64,000 nucleotides of DNA from Callorhinchus milii (Eukaryota), in contig NW_024704742.1 in NCBI RefSeq assembly GCF_018977255.1, forward strand, positions 17,176,001 to 17,240,000, given 5' to 3'. Under the pieces are notes generated by a model, which saw only the letters and a list, made by a program, of their open reading frames with translations, was not told where the DNA came from and did not search any database. How positions within the stretch are numbered: position 1 is the first letter of the stretch; each line of letters starts with the position of its first letter. The position numbers and the translations under genes are program-made. Shown here in pieces: positions 13,265-25,310 of the stretch.

Positions 13265-15757
13265 GCCAAAAAACGCCAGCACAGACTTGATGGGTTTCTA
13301 TGAAGTTAGGTTGGACGATTCCAAAAACAGCAAAAAGAGAGTGGGATATCCACAAACGTAATAAAGCAATGGAAGAGGGTCTTTCTATTTTGTTTTGCCA
13401 AAGAGCCTGAAAATAACAGCTGTGAGCCCAGCAGGCCAAGTGTAATCACTCAAACGTCACTGTGGTAACATGAAGCACTCTTACCTGGCTGACTTGTCTT
13501 GTAATGACAAATGTAATGTCTGCCACCAGAATAGAGGACTTCAATACCTAAATTAACATGTGTCAACCTACAAGGGAACCTGATTGAAATAATGTCAGTT
13601 TGATCGCCCACTGACATTCTGGATGTAATCTAATTCATAGATAACCACTAGCCTCTGACAATTGCAATCTCACCAGGGGACGATTCAATGAACAGAACAA
13701 CACTATTTAGACCCAGTAAACTGTATGTTTCCTCAGTGACTGAATTGGAGTGCACAAAACAAAAATCTAGACTATTGCTCTTGCTAACAAGGTTTGGATA
13801 AGCAATGCTACTTGAATTCAGTTTTTAACAGTAGGTTCATTGAAGACAAATGATTGTGCATTTGCTATTTTAAGCTAAATGTTCGACATAGAAGAAAAAA
13901 AATCAAAGAATCTCCTCCACTCCATCAGATCCACCAGTTTGGGATCCGTGCCAGACCGGAGAGCTGAAGCCGTGTATTCCCGATCCTCCTGCAGCCTGAT
14001 TGTGTTTCCAGGACAACCCTCGGTACAAGGACAAGCCAATAGACGCACAAGCACAGCTGCAGCTGCACCTCACCCTGGATGACTGCAAAGACCAACAGAA
14101 CTGAAGAAGCAATGCAGGGAAGAGAATGGAAATAATCCCCATTGTTAAAGGGATCAATTGTAATAATAATCCTTGCATTTGATATAGCGCCTTAGCACAT
14201 TGTCGAGGCGTCTCAAAGTGCTTCACAGGATATACTGTAAAATGGATTCACTGTATATTTTGTATTTTGTATTTTGAATTATCAGGAAGAATTAGAAAAG
14301 CTTGTGCTTTTTGCCCATAAAATATATAGTCAATTCACTTTACAGTATATTCTGCGAAGCGCTTTGAAACATCTCAAAGACGTGAGAAGGCGCTATATCA
14401 AATGCAAGGATTATTATTTTTATTTTTCAGCCTTGTAAAGAGCCTTGCAAGGAGACTTCAACATGGGACCTCATACAGATACATATCAGATGCTAAATAG
14501 GAAAACGTAAACACCTAACAATACTTTAAGATATGCCAAGACACCAGGACAAGATGTTCAATAATAATAATAATCATTTGCATTTGATTTGGTGCCTTTT
14601 AATCAAGAGGATGTCTCAAAGCACTTCACAGGATTTATTGTAAAGTGTAGTGACTGTGTATTGTGTAAGCAAACGTCCAGGGTTGTGAAAGGCAATTTTA
14701 GGCCAGACATCAGGAAGTATTTATTTAAACAGATGACAATCAACAACTGGAAAGCTTACAGGAAAGCGATTAAGGCTAGGACACTCAACTCATTTACCAG
14801 TTATTAAAGGCAGTATTGTGACAGGAGATTAAATGGACCAAAAAACCTTATTCATTTAAACATGAAATTGAGGACATATTTTTTAAAAGTCTTCAAAATT
14901 AAGATTTATGGAAGTGTTTACAGTGTGTAAATTTAGTAACACAGAGGTACAAAACTGTTTTATTAGAACAATCCCTTACGTATATGATGGTTATTATTAA
15001 TAATTACAATAATAATTCTTGCATTTGAATTAGCACCTAATCAAGTCACTGAAATGTCCTAAAGTACTTCACAGGATTTCACTGTAAAGTGAAGTGAATT
15101 AATAAAGTAGGTTAATAAAAAGTTGGATAAAGCACTGTGAAACACATTAATAATATGTTAACACAATATTACTGCAAAATTTGCATTCAATTTGTATTAT
15201 AATCCTATTTATCTGTGTTTATTTAAGGTGTACTAATTAGATTAGCATTTTCAGTTGGGGATGAGGTACTAATCCTCTCAGACAACATATCCACTTGTGT
15301 GTCCTTCCAGTGTTTGCTGACCGAGCAATTCATTCTTTAAAGTCAATCAATATATCGGTACCAGTGTCTAGTTCTGATCTATCCGTCTATCTATTATTTA
15401 TGCAGTCAGTTATATGTGTTGGTGAAAGGAAACATATGGGGAAAATTCTTGTTTTGAATTTAGTATAAGGTCACAAAGGGTTACCCCAGCAGGCAGTGTT
15501 CACCACTTACCACTCAGCATGTATGCTCCAGATTCCAATTAATCCTCACTGTTTGCTTTAATGAATTCCTCAAGCCCGCTCAAAACACATTTATTGTATA
15601 ATTGGAGTAATCAATAGGATTCCAAACAGGAAGTATGTGAAAGTTCCCTCTCCCCTTCCATGAGGAAAAAAAGGCCAGATTTAAGAACATAAAAAAAGTG
15701 AGAAATGACAAATGGCTAACAGTTAAACCTGTGTAATCTACCCTACCATAAATTTAT

Positions 15758-16121
15758 GGAGCCTTGTAGAGTAATGGTTAGCACGCTCACCTTGAAAGAG
15801 AGAGGACACAGGATTGATTCCCAGTTGGGGCAATACCTTAGCAAGTTTCCTTGCTCTACACTCCTCTGTTTATCTAGCAGTAAGTAGGAACTAGGTTGTT
15901 AGTTGATTGACAGATTACTTTCCAGGGTTAATAATCCCTAAAAAAAATAATTTTGGTCACTCAATCTACGACTGTTTATGGGACACTGCTGTGTGCAATT
16001 GACTGCCATGTTTCGCCTACAAAATATGCAATCAATTCACTTTACAATATATTCTGTGAAGGCGCTTTGAGACATCATAATGATGTGATAAGGTGCTATA
16101 TCAAATGCAAGGATTACTATT
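15758..16121 (+). mobile_element. Full-length tRNA/Deu SINE
   Basis: Head, core and tail as in 3440-3766, more diverged. Confidence 0.85.
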
Positions 16122-16394
16122 TTATAAATTATCTGAGGGACACCTCTGCAAAGTATCTCCTTGATCCCTATCGGTTGGTAATCAACCAAAATGCCCAAAT
16201 AACTATCTTTTCTTATCCTCACACAGTATTACCATTATTGCATGGTTGTGTCCAAAGATTACATTTCTATTGTCTGAGTATTCAGAGGAAGATCCTTGGG
16301 AAATGGCTTCATGGTTGTTTTGTGGGACATTGTTGTGTACAGATTGGCTGCCAGTTCCTCTTCAAATACACATAGAGAATTGAGTCAATCCTCT

Positions 16395-16622
16395 GTGGCC
16401 AGTTCTTGAGCCAGGTGTGTCCACAATACTCCTGGGCACTAGTGATGACAGAACAGCCAGCCTGGCTCATCGGCAGGACTTGCAAAGGGCAAAACAGTCA
16501 CTGGGGACGCTGGCATCCTTCCCACTTGGTTCCTGCTAACCCTGCAAGCCAAAGCCCTAACAAGATACGATGGTCCCAGCTGGACAATCAGCAGAGGCTT
16601 GCCAGACAGTGCTATCAATAGC
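16395..16622. repeat. Unclassified interspersed repeat, partial copy
   Basis: Matches ~4500-4710 (CCAGTTC.TGAGCCAGGTG..CAGCCAGCCTGGCTCATCGGCAG..AACCCTGCAAGC). Confidence 0.75.
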
Positions 16623-17097
16623 AAACACTTAATAACCCTGCATGTAGCTTGCTGCACATTACAAAATGGCCAATTTTCAGGTCATTAGGTTATACCAACG
16701 GCACTCCCATACAGAAGGTAACGTCAGGAGTGACCCGTTGGGCAGGAAGTCAGCCAACCGATTGTATGGGCCACATTAAAGAGACTCTACTATACTTGTG
16801 AAATATTTTGAGGTAATGAGGTAAATATTTAAAAGACACACCTTGTGTGCATTGCCATTCCAGACCTCCCTCAGTGGGAGGAGGGGGGAGGAGGAAAGAA
16901 ATTAGAAAAAAAACACTTCTGCAGAAGAAATTGTGTTTGTCTAGACAGACAAACTGGGGACATTTAACATTTTGCAAAGCGTTACCATGCAAACAGTATT
17001 AGGGAAGTAGACACTGGGAGGGTAAAGTCAGCAGCTTGGCGGCCACAAATCTTTTAATTCTCCCCCAAAAACAACTTTTTAAATATATATAGAAAAC

Positions 17098-17556
17098 CTT
17101 TTTCTCGGCTCCTCTTCTAGATTTCACTTTTTCCCCTTGTCGTCTTGATTACCATTTTTCTCACTGTTATCCCCTGGATTTCCCTTTTTTCAACTCTTCA
17201 CTGGATTTCTCTTATTTTCCACTTCTCTACTCGATTTTACTTTTTTCCACTCTTCTCCTCTAGATATTCCTTTTCCATCCTCTTCTACTCTGGATTTCAC
17301 TTATTTTCCACTCTTCTCCTCTGGACTTCCTTTTTTTCCCCACTCTTCTCCTTTGGATGTCCCCTTTTTCCATGTTATCCTCTGGATTTCCACTTTTTCC
17401 CTGTTTTCTTCTAAATTTCTTCTTTATTCCCCTCTGAATTTCTTCTTTTCCCCTCTTCTTCTTTGGAGTCCCCTTTTTCCTCTCTTCTTTGGATTTCCAT
17501 TTTTATCCCTGCTCTCCTCTGAATTTCCCTATTTTTCCTGTTATCTTTTTGCCTCC
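17098..17556 (-). repeat. ~30-bp satellite, pyrimidine-rich (inverted) arm
   Basis: Recurrent CTCTGGATTTCC with T/C-rich linkers; reverse complement of the array to the right. Confidence 0.9.
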
Positions 17557-20080
17557 TAAAGGGAAAAAAAGGGGGAATCCAGATGAGAAAGAAGAAGAAA
17601 TGGGAAATCCAGAGGAGAAATGGGGATAAAACAGAAATCCAGTGGAAAAAGAAATGTGATATAGAGAAAAAAGTAAAGGAAATGGGAAATCCAGCGGAGA
17701 GAGAAGAAGAAATTGGAAATCCAGAGGAGAGAGGAGAAGAAATGGGAAATCCAGAGGAAAGAGAAAAAGAAATGGGAAATCCAGAGGAGAAAGCAGAAAA
17801 AAACGGGAAATCCAAAGAAGAAAGAAGAAGAAAATGGAAACCTAAGAGAGAAATAAGAAGAAAAGGGGAAATCCAGAGGAGAAACCAGAAGAAAGGGGAA
17901 ATCCAGAGAAGAGAGAAGAATACAAAATCCAGAGGAGAAAAGGGGATAACATGGAAATCCAGTGGGAAAAGAAATAGGAAAATAATAATAATAATATAAT
18001 AATATAATAACAATATAATAATAATCCTTGCACTTGATATAGTGCTTTTCATGTCTTCTAGACCTCTCAAAGCGCTTCACACAATACGCTGCAAAGTAAA
18101 TTGACTGAATATTTGTGGGCAAAAGGGAAATCCAGAGGAAAAGGCAGAACAAATGAGAAATCCAGAGGAGGAAGAAGAAGAAATGGGAATTCCAGAGGAT
18201 AAAGTAAAAGAAAAAGGGAAATCCAGTGAAAAATGTAGAAGAAATGGGAAATCCAAATGAAAGAGAAGAAGAAATAGGAAATCCAGAGGAAAAAGAAGAA
18301 ATGTGAAATCCAGTGGAGAGAGAAGAAGAAATGGGAAATCCAGTAGAGAAAAAAGAAGAAATGGGAAACCCAGAGGAGAAAAAATAAATAGGAAATCCAA
18401 AGAAAGAAAGAAGACAAAAAAAATGAAAATCTGGTGGAGAAAGAGGAAAAAGTGAAACCCTGAGGAGAAAGCAGACAAAAAAAGGGAAATCCAGAAGAGA
18501 AAGAAGAACGAAAGTGAAATCCGGAGGAGAAGAAAGGACAAGAGAGGACAAAAGAGGATAAAAGGGAAATCCAGAAGAGAAGAAAGGAAAAAGGGGAAAT
18601 CCAGAGAAGAAAGAAAAAGATAAGGGAAATCCAGGGTAAAAAGAAGAAGAAATGGGAAATCAAGTGGGAAAATAAGAAGAAATGGGAAATCCAGAAGAGA
18701 AAGAAAACAAAAAGGGAAATCCAGAGGAGGAAAAAGGAGAAAAAAGATAATCCAGATGAGAAAGAAGAACAAGAAAGGAAATTCAGAGGAGAAGAGAGGA
18801 AAACAAGGAAATCCAGAGAAGAAAGAAGACAAAAAGAGAAATCCAGATGAGAAAGAAGAAGAAAGGGGAAATTCAGAGGAGAAAGAAGAAGACAATGGAA
18901 AATCCAGACGAAAAAGAAGAAAAAATGGGAAATCCAGAAAACGAAAAAAATGAAATCCAGAGAAGAAATAATAAGAAAAAGCGAAATCCAGAGGAGAAAG
19001 AAGACAAGGGAAATCCAGATGAGAAAGAAGACAAAATAGGGAAATCCAGCAGAGAAACAAGAAAACAAGGGAAATCCAGAAGAGAAAGAAGAATAGGGAA
19101 ATCTAGAGGGGAAAGAAGAAGAAATAGGGAAATTCAGAGAAGATAGAAGAAAAAGGGAAATCCAGAGGACAAAGAAAAAGAAATGGGAAATACAGAGGAG
19201 AAAGAAGAAGAAATGGGAAATCCAGTCGAGAAAGAATAACGGATGGGAAATCCAGTGCAAGAAGAAGAAGATATGGGAAACCCAGTAGAGAACAAAGACA
19301 AAAAAATTAAATCCAGAGGAGAAAGAAGAGATGAAGGGAAATCCAGAGGAGAAAGAAGAAGAAATGGGAAACTAACAGGAGAAAGGAAATGATAAAGGAC
19401 AATCCAGAGGTGAAAGAAGAACAAAAAGGGAAATCCTGAGAAGAGAAGACAAGAGAGGACAAAAGGGAAATCCAGAGGAGAAAGAAGAAGAAATGGGAAA
19501 TCCAGGGTAAAAAGAAGAAGAAATGGGAAATCAAGTGGGAAAATAAGAAGAAATGGGAAATCCAGAAGAGAAAGAAAACAAAAAGGGAAATCCAGAGGAG
19601 GAAAAAGGAGAAAAAAGATAATCCAGATGAGAAAGAAGAACAAGAAAGGAAATTCAGAGGAGAAGAGAGGAAAACAAGGAAATCCAGAGAAGAAAGAAGA
19701 CAAAAAGAGAAATCCAGATGAGAAAGAAGAAGAAAGGGAAATTCAGAGGAGAAAGAAGAAGAAAAAGAGAAACCCAGAGGAGAAATAAGAGAATGGAAAT
19801 CCAGAAGAGAAAGAAGAATAGGAAAACCCAGAGGAGAAAGAACACGAAAAAGGGCAATCCAGAGCAAAGAGGAGAAAAAAGCAAATCCAGAGGAGAAAGA
19901 TACAGAATAAGGCAATCCAGAGGAAATGAGGGGAAAACGGGGAAATCCAGGGGAGAAAGAAGAAAAAAGGGAAATCCAGAGGAGAAAGAAAAAGAATAGG
20001 GAAATCCAGAGAAGAAAGATGAAAAAGGGAAATCTAGAGGAAATTAGGGAAAAAGTGAAATCCAGAGAAGAAAGAAGAGG
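17557..20080 (+). repeat. ~30-bp satellite, purine-rich arm (consensus about GGGAAATCCAGAGGAGAAAGAAGAAGAAAT)
   Basis: GAAATCCAG core recurs about every 30 bp, roughly 80 units by length estimate. Confidence 0.95.
17982..18122 (-). mobile_element. SINE 3' fragment inserted in the satellite
   Basis: (AAT)n followed by CCTTGCACTTGATATAGTGC..AAAGCGCTTCAC..TTTGTGGGC, interrupting the array. Confidence 0.85.
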
Positions 20081-20154
20081 ACTGGATCAGCAGAGCATCA
20101 ATTGCTTTTGCTGAGCAACTGATCCACATATCCATTCCTCTGTAATAGGATTGA

Positions 20155-20688
20155 TTTCAAGATCCTCATCCTCACCTACAAGGCCATTCACGGCCTTGCT
20201 CCCTCCTACCTCTCCAACCTACTATCCCCACCTACCTGCCCGTACCCTCCGTTCCTCTGGCTCCGGTCTGCTCCACGTCCCCCGCCCCAACCGCCCTACC
20301 ATCGGTGGTCGGGCCTTCAGCCTCTCAGCCCCCAGGCTCTGGAACTCCATCCCCCAGTGCCTTCGCCTTGCTTCCTCCCTTTCCTCCTTCAAGGCCGGTC
20401 TCAAAACCTTTCTCTTTGACCGTGCCTTCAGCTCCCCTCTCGACTCTCTTCCCCCTCCTCGCTCCCTCCCTTCCCTCCCCTCACCCTGACCATTTCCCCC
20501 CTCCTCTCTCCCTCCCTTCCCTCCCCTCACCCTGACCATTTCCCCCCTCCTCGCTCCCTCCCTTCCCTCCCCTCACCCTGACCATTTCCCCCCTGCTCGG
20601 GTCATGACCCAACTGTGCAGCGCCTTGGGACGTCCTCCTGACGTGAAAGGCGCTTTATAAATGGAATCTTGTTGTTGTTGTTGTTGTT
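20155..20688 (+). mobile_element. Young 5'-truncated L2-clade LINE
   Basis: ORF2 C-terminal motif GGRAFSLSAPRLWNSIP..SFKAGLKTFLF; 3' stem-loop and (TTG)n tail; 3' UTR segment triplicated. Confidence 0.9.
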
Positions 20689-23659
20689 GGTTGCTGGCCA
20701 AATTAAATCAATGAGCGATTTACGCAGCTTAGTTGGATAAGATATTCCAGTCTCCCAAAGAGAATCTAGGAGGCTGGAATGATAGGAACGTTTAGTTGGT
20801 AAATTAGTAAATTGGTAAGTTAGAGGTTGAATGCAGATCGACTGAAGCAAAAGTCAGTTCACTCCTCCGTCACTAGCGAAAAACTCAAGATTTAGATTCA
20901 GTAACAACTATGAGAGATTGACAGTCAAATGAGGCACCATTAAACTCTTCCAGATGAGAGGAGTAGATAGGGTTTATATTTCACTGCTACAAAGAGTTGG
21001 AACAATTGAAAGGGCTGACTCTTAATTAATCTTGACAAGAATTTTATCTTATCCAGAACCAAAATTAAAGATAGGCCATTCTCTGTATTCATCTTTTATA
21101 TGCAAGATAATTTTATTTAGGTTGAGGAGGATTATGGGTTCTATGTCTGAAGGAAATCTAATACCTAAACATTTAAGGCACTAAGAGATCCAAAGGGCAA
21201 CTCTGTTCATGATTGGGTGATTAATTGATATTTAATCATTCTGCCCCACTCTCTGGAACTCCCATCACGGAGTCCTTCCAACTCGCTCCCTCCTCACCTC
21301 ATACATTTCAAAACATCCCTCTATCCTTGTTTTAGGTCATTTTCCCCCACCCTACCCCCTTTGGTTTCCAACCCTGCTCAGTTGTCCCAGCCAGCATTAT
21401 TAAGTGCTTTGGGAAGTCCTCCTGATATGAAAGGTGCTATATAACTATAAATTGTGTTGATATCGGTTGATTTTACAGTTTAATCTGAGATAAAAAGAAA
21501 AATCATGAACACAGTACTACCACCTTTTACCCAGCTCATCTGCCAAACACATGGCAACACAGAGGAGACTATAGGTTGCATCAATGGCAGAGCACTCCAG
21601 AGCTTATGACCGTGGAAAGGTTGGACCACCACCTATAAGAGCATATTTATATCTCTGTGTAATCATGCAAAATCTAAATACTTGGCAACACTTTGTCAGT
21701 GATGTAGGCATGTGGGGTGCAATGGTAATAATTCACTCTATGTTCTTGTTAATTGATCAACAATTCAAAATCTCTGCAAGAATCTCTCAAGTTGAACACC
21801 CTTTTTAATAAAAAGAGTATTTGATACTAACCTTAAATTATGTTTTATGCATGCAAATTTTATATATTGCCTAATAAATTTCTTTCTGTGCTTTTCATGA
21901 ATGATATTTCCCAAAACATTGTGGCTTTTAAAGTTTGTTCTGTACTTTGGTTTGATGTTTAATAAAAATTTTATTGACCCCACAAAATGTGTGTAACTTT
22001 TCAGAGTGTTCAGAACACTGTTCGGAGCTGCTGTGTGGGAGATTGACAGTCTGATATGCTCTCATGACACAATATGCAACCCAAAAGAGACCACAACAAC
22101 AATTTCACATTTATAAAGCACCTTTTGTGTCAGGAAAACATCACAAAGCACGTCACAAAAACAACAAGGATCCTCCCATCATCCACCCCTCCTGATCCCA
22201 AATACCAGCTTGGTTGCAGATCCCTGACTGTCCAGCGCTTTGGGATGTCCTCCTGACGTGAAAGGTGCTATACAAAAGTGATTTGCTGCTGTTGTTGTAA
22301 AACTCCCTAAGTGCACAGAGGACTGTGATTGACTGTGCTATGTCCTACTTGCTGGAAGTCTCTAGGAAACATGTATGCCTTATCCAGAATAAACTCCCAT
22401 AGCTGTTTGTGGGACGCAGAAGTGTGCAAAATTGGCTGCTGTGTTCACCCACAAAATACAGTCACTACACTTTAAGTAAATCATATGAAGAGCTTTGAGA
22501 CATCCTACCGATGAGAAAAGGCGTCATATTAAATGCAAAGATTTTTATTAATATTATTATTAACGTCAAGAAGATGTAATCAGGTGCTATATCAAACGTA
22601 AGGATTATATTATATTATTATATTATAATATCTGGGTGTAACAAAACCATCCTTATATCTACAAAAAGTCCCACAAACTGACATTAACTCTTTCAATATT
22701 TGTCTAAATCTTTGCATTTCAGGCCCCTAATTTTTTTTCAAAACGCCACTAAAACATGTAAACAAGTCACATAAGAAGGCAAAACTTCTGAAGTTAAAAT
22801 ATCTAGTTTGAGTCATTCAATTGTCACTTCAGTCTGTTTCAGAAATTCTAATTGTAGTTAAAATGACATTGCTCTTTAACGAAGAAAGAAGCAGCACTGA
22901 ACTACCAGAGAGTGCAGCTTGTATGTATGTATTCACTCATCAGGCATATAGAGGCAAAAGGAGAACGGAAATGCCTAGATCACAAAGCTAAATGCATAAT
23001 ATTAGGGAAGTAATGGCAAAAGATGAACGATTTGTGATGAGTGACACACAAATCTTGATAAAACTTAGGGCTGAGACCGTGACTGGGAGTTTGCAAGCAA
23101 AATTGAAATGAAACATCATTGCAGCAGTCAAGGGGATCGTGACTTGGCTGAAAAAAGAGTGAATAGCTTGGTGGAGGCATTTTTCATTAAATAACGCGGA
23201 ACAGGTCTAAATCTCTGAAATAGCAACTTGGATCTTGGAAACTGCACTGCAATCGACTGAATGAATCATTGTTTGATTAATTTTCTCCTGAGCTAAGGGT
23301 TTAGTTAAGCAAATTTGGCATTGGTGGCCGGAATACCCTCAAACAAGCAAATCTCCATACAGGTGGAAGGGAGTAAATTGGTTCTTTAGACTTCAGGAAA
23401 TACAACAGCACAAAATCCATCTCTGACTGCCTCCTGCAATGAAAGTCCAATAGCTCCACTGATAGGGCTATGACTTAAACCTTTCATCTGATTCACTGCA
23501 TAATGAGGTTATCTGAATAAATTATTTTTGGTGCCTAATACTGATTGACAGTAAATTTACCGAATTATGCATCGCACACAATTCAATAAATAATAGGCAG
23601 ATTATCAATGATGTATTTTAAAAAAATTTATCAGGAATTGTTTTTTTTTGGGGGGTTCA

Positions 23660-23965
23660 GCCTGACACATGCAGAAATGTATCACCTTGCTCATAAGTAT
23701 CCAAACCAAGCTGAGATTTCCATGCATCCCACCTACACATGGAAATCCCAGAGATAGATTGTTGGAATTATATGCACACTCTGTCCTTGGAGAGACGCAG
23801 CCTGCTTAACCAACTTCCAAATGTATTAGGTGCAGGTTTGCAAGAGGTAAGACTTGGGGACCCCAGATTGTGCGTTGGGGTACTGATGGAGTCTAACCAG
23901 CTAAAACTGCATAGCTTGCCATTGATATTGCTGTCCAGTAAATTTGCCTATCAAAGTATCACCAT
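23660..23965. repeat. Unclassified interspersed repeat, partial inverted copy
   Basis: Reverse complement of ~4690-4970. Confidence 0.75.
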
Positions 23966-24655
23966 TCAAGGCATGTGCTTTTGAATATATATAGTGTGCC
24001 CACACAAAACACACAGTCACACCACAGTATAAAATATTCGATGAAGTGCTTTGAGATATTTCTATATCATGAAAAGGCAGCATATCAAATACAAGGACTA
24101 TTATTACATTATTATTATTATATATTGTTAACAGTAAATAAGCACAAAGTTAAAATGAGTAGCCAGACCAGATTACCTGATTCCCAGTCTATGTATACAA
24201 TGTAGTAATGTAACCATTGTTGCAGAAATGTACCTTTAGGACATGGCATTCTTAGGTTTGCTCATGTTAGTGTCATTCGTAGGCATGGAAAAAAGGTCAA
24301 AGAGGAAGGCCGTTTAGCAGACTTTGAAGGAGGCCAGGGAAGGAGTGAGTCAAAGGGTCTCAAGGATGGAGATCTAGAGAGTAGTGACACACACCCTGAA
24401 AGAGTTTCCAACCAGAATTTCAGTCCATATAAATCTCTTTCAGTAATTGAGAGTTGCTGGCCTGCTCCTGGGCATATAACCTTATTCTTGTTCTTGAGGC
24501 GATGAGTAGGAGAAACAAGATACCCACTGTGACTCTGGCCTGCTCCCAGTCAGGAGTTATAGGCAAACATTAGGTACAACTCTGGAAGTAACGAGTAATA
24601 AGCAAAGAGTACGTCTTGTGAATCCCATCTGCCAATATTCCATCCATCCGAGTCA

Positions 24656-25310
24656 GCAACAACAACAAGCATTTATATAGTGCCACGTACGCAGGGTAGA
24701 TTCCCAGAGCATTTGTCAGTGGTGGGGCACGATGCCGAGCCTGGGGGAGGTGACCGTAGGCACGGTCGAATAGGAAGGTCTTCAGGGGCGACATGAAGAT
24801 GGGGAAGGAGGGGCTCTGCGGGGGATTGAGGGAGAGTGTTCCAGAATTTTGTGACACGGTGGCTGAAAGTGCAACAGCTGATGGTGGAACAGAGGGCACA
24901 AGGGACAAGCTGGAGCCAGTCAAGTGGAGTCAATGGGTAGTGGGTTGGGGAGTAGGCAAGTTAGAGAGATAGGGAGGTACCAGGGCATGAAAGGATTTGC
25001 CGATAAGTGTGAGGATCTTGAAATCGATCTGTTTGGCGATAGGGAGCTAGTGGAGTCTGGCTAGAACTGGTGTGATGGGGCTACGGAGTTCAGTGCGTGT
25101 GGGTAAGCGCACAGGGGAATTTTGAATTAACTGGATTTTGTGGATAGTGGAGCTGGGGAGAGCAGCGAGGAGGACATTTGAGAAGTTGAGGCAGAAGATG
25201 ACAAATGCATGAACGAGTGTTTCGGCTGGCTTTGGGGTCACGTACATTCAGAAGCAGGCAATGTGGTAGAGGAATACATTCCTAGTGAGCGGCCAGATAT
25301 GGGGTACCAA
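24656..25310 (-). mobile_element. Older L2 LINE 3' fragment
   Basis: Translations AETLVHAFV..KIQLIQNS..SPITPVLARLH and LKTFLFDRAY; (TTG)n tail. Confidence 0.8.

Noticed and set aside
13879..14130. GC-richer stretch with short ORFs on both strands
   Set aside because: Plus frames are short or interrupted by stops and the minus ORF starts in a SINE tail; no recognisable homology or coherent splice pair.
14160..14418. Head-to-head inverted pair of SINE tails
   Set aside because: Expected by chance at this SINE density; no shared unique sequence between the arms.
17557..20080. CRISPR-like pattern of constant core and variable spacer
   Set aside because: The linkers are related low-complexity purine runs rather than unique spacers; no cas genes; eukaryotic intron-exon context.
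17145..20114. Many long ORFs (up to 397 aa; Phe/Ser/Leu-rich or Lys/Arg/Glu-rich)
   Set aside because: By-product of the purine/pyrimidine satellite, which rarely forms stop codons; open in several frames on both strands, with no splice or domain evidence.
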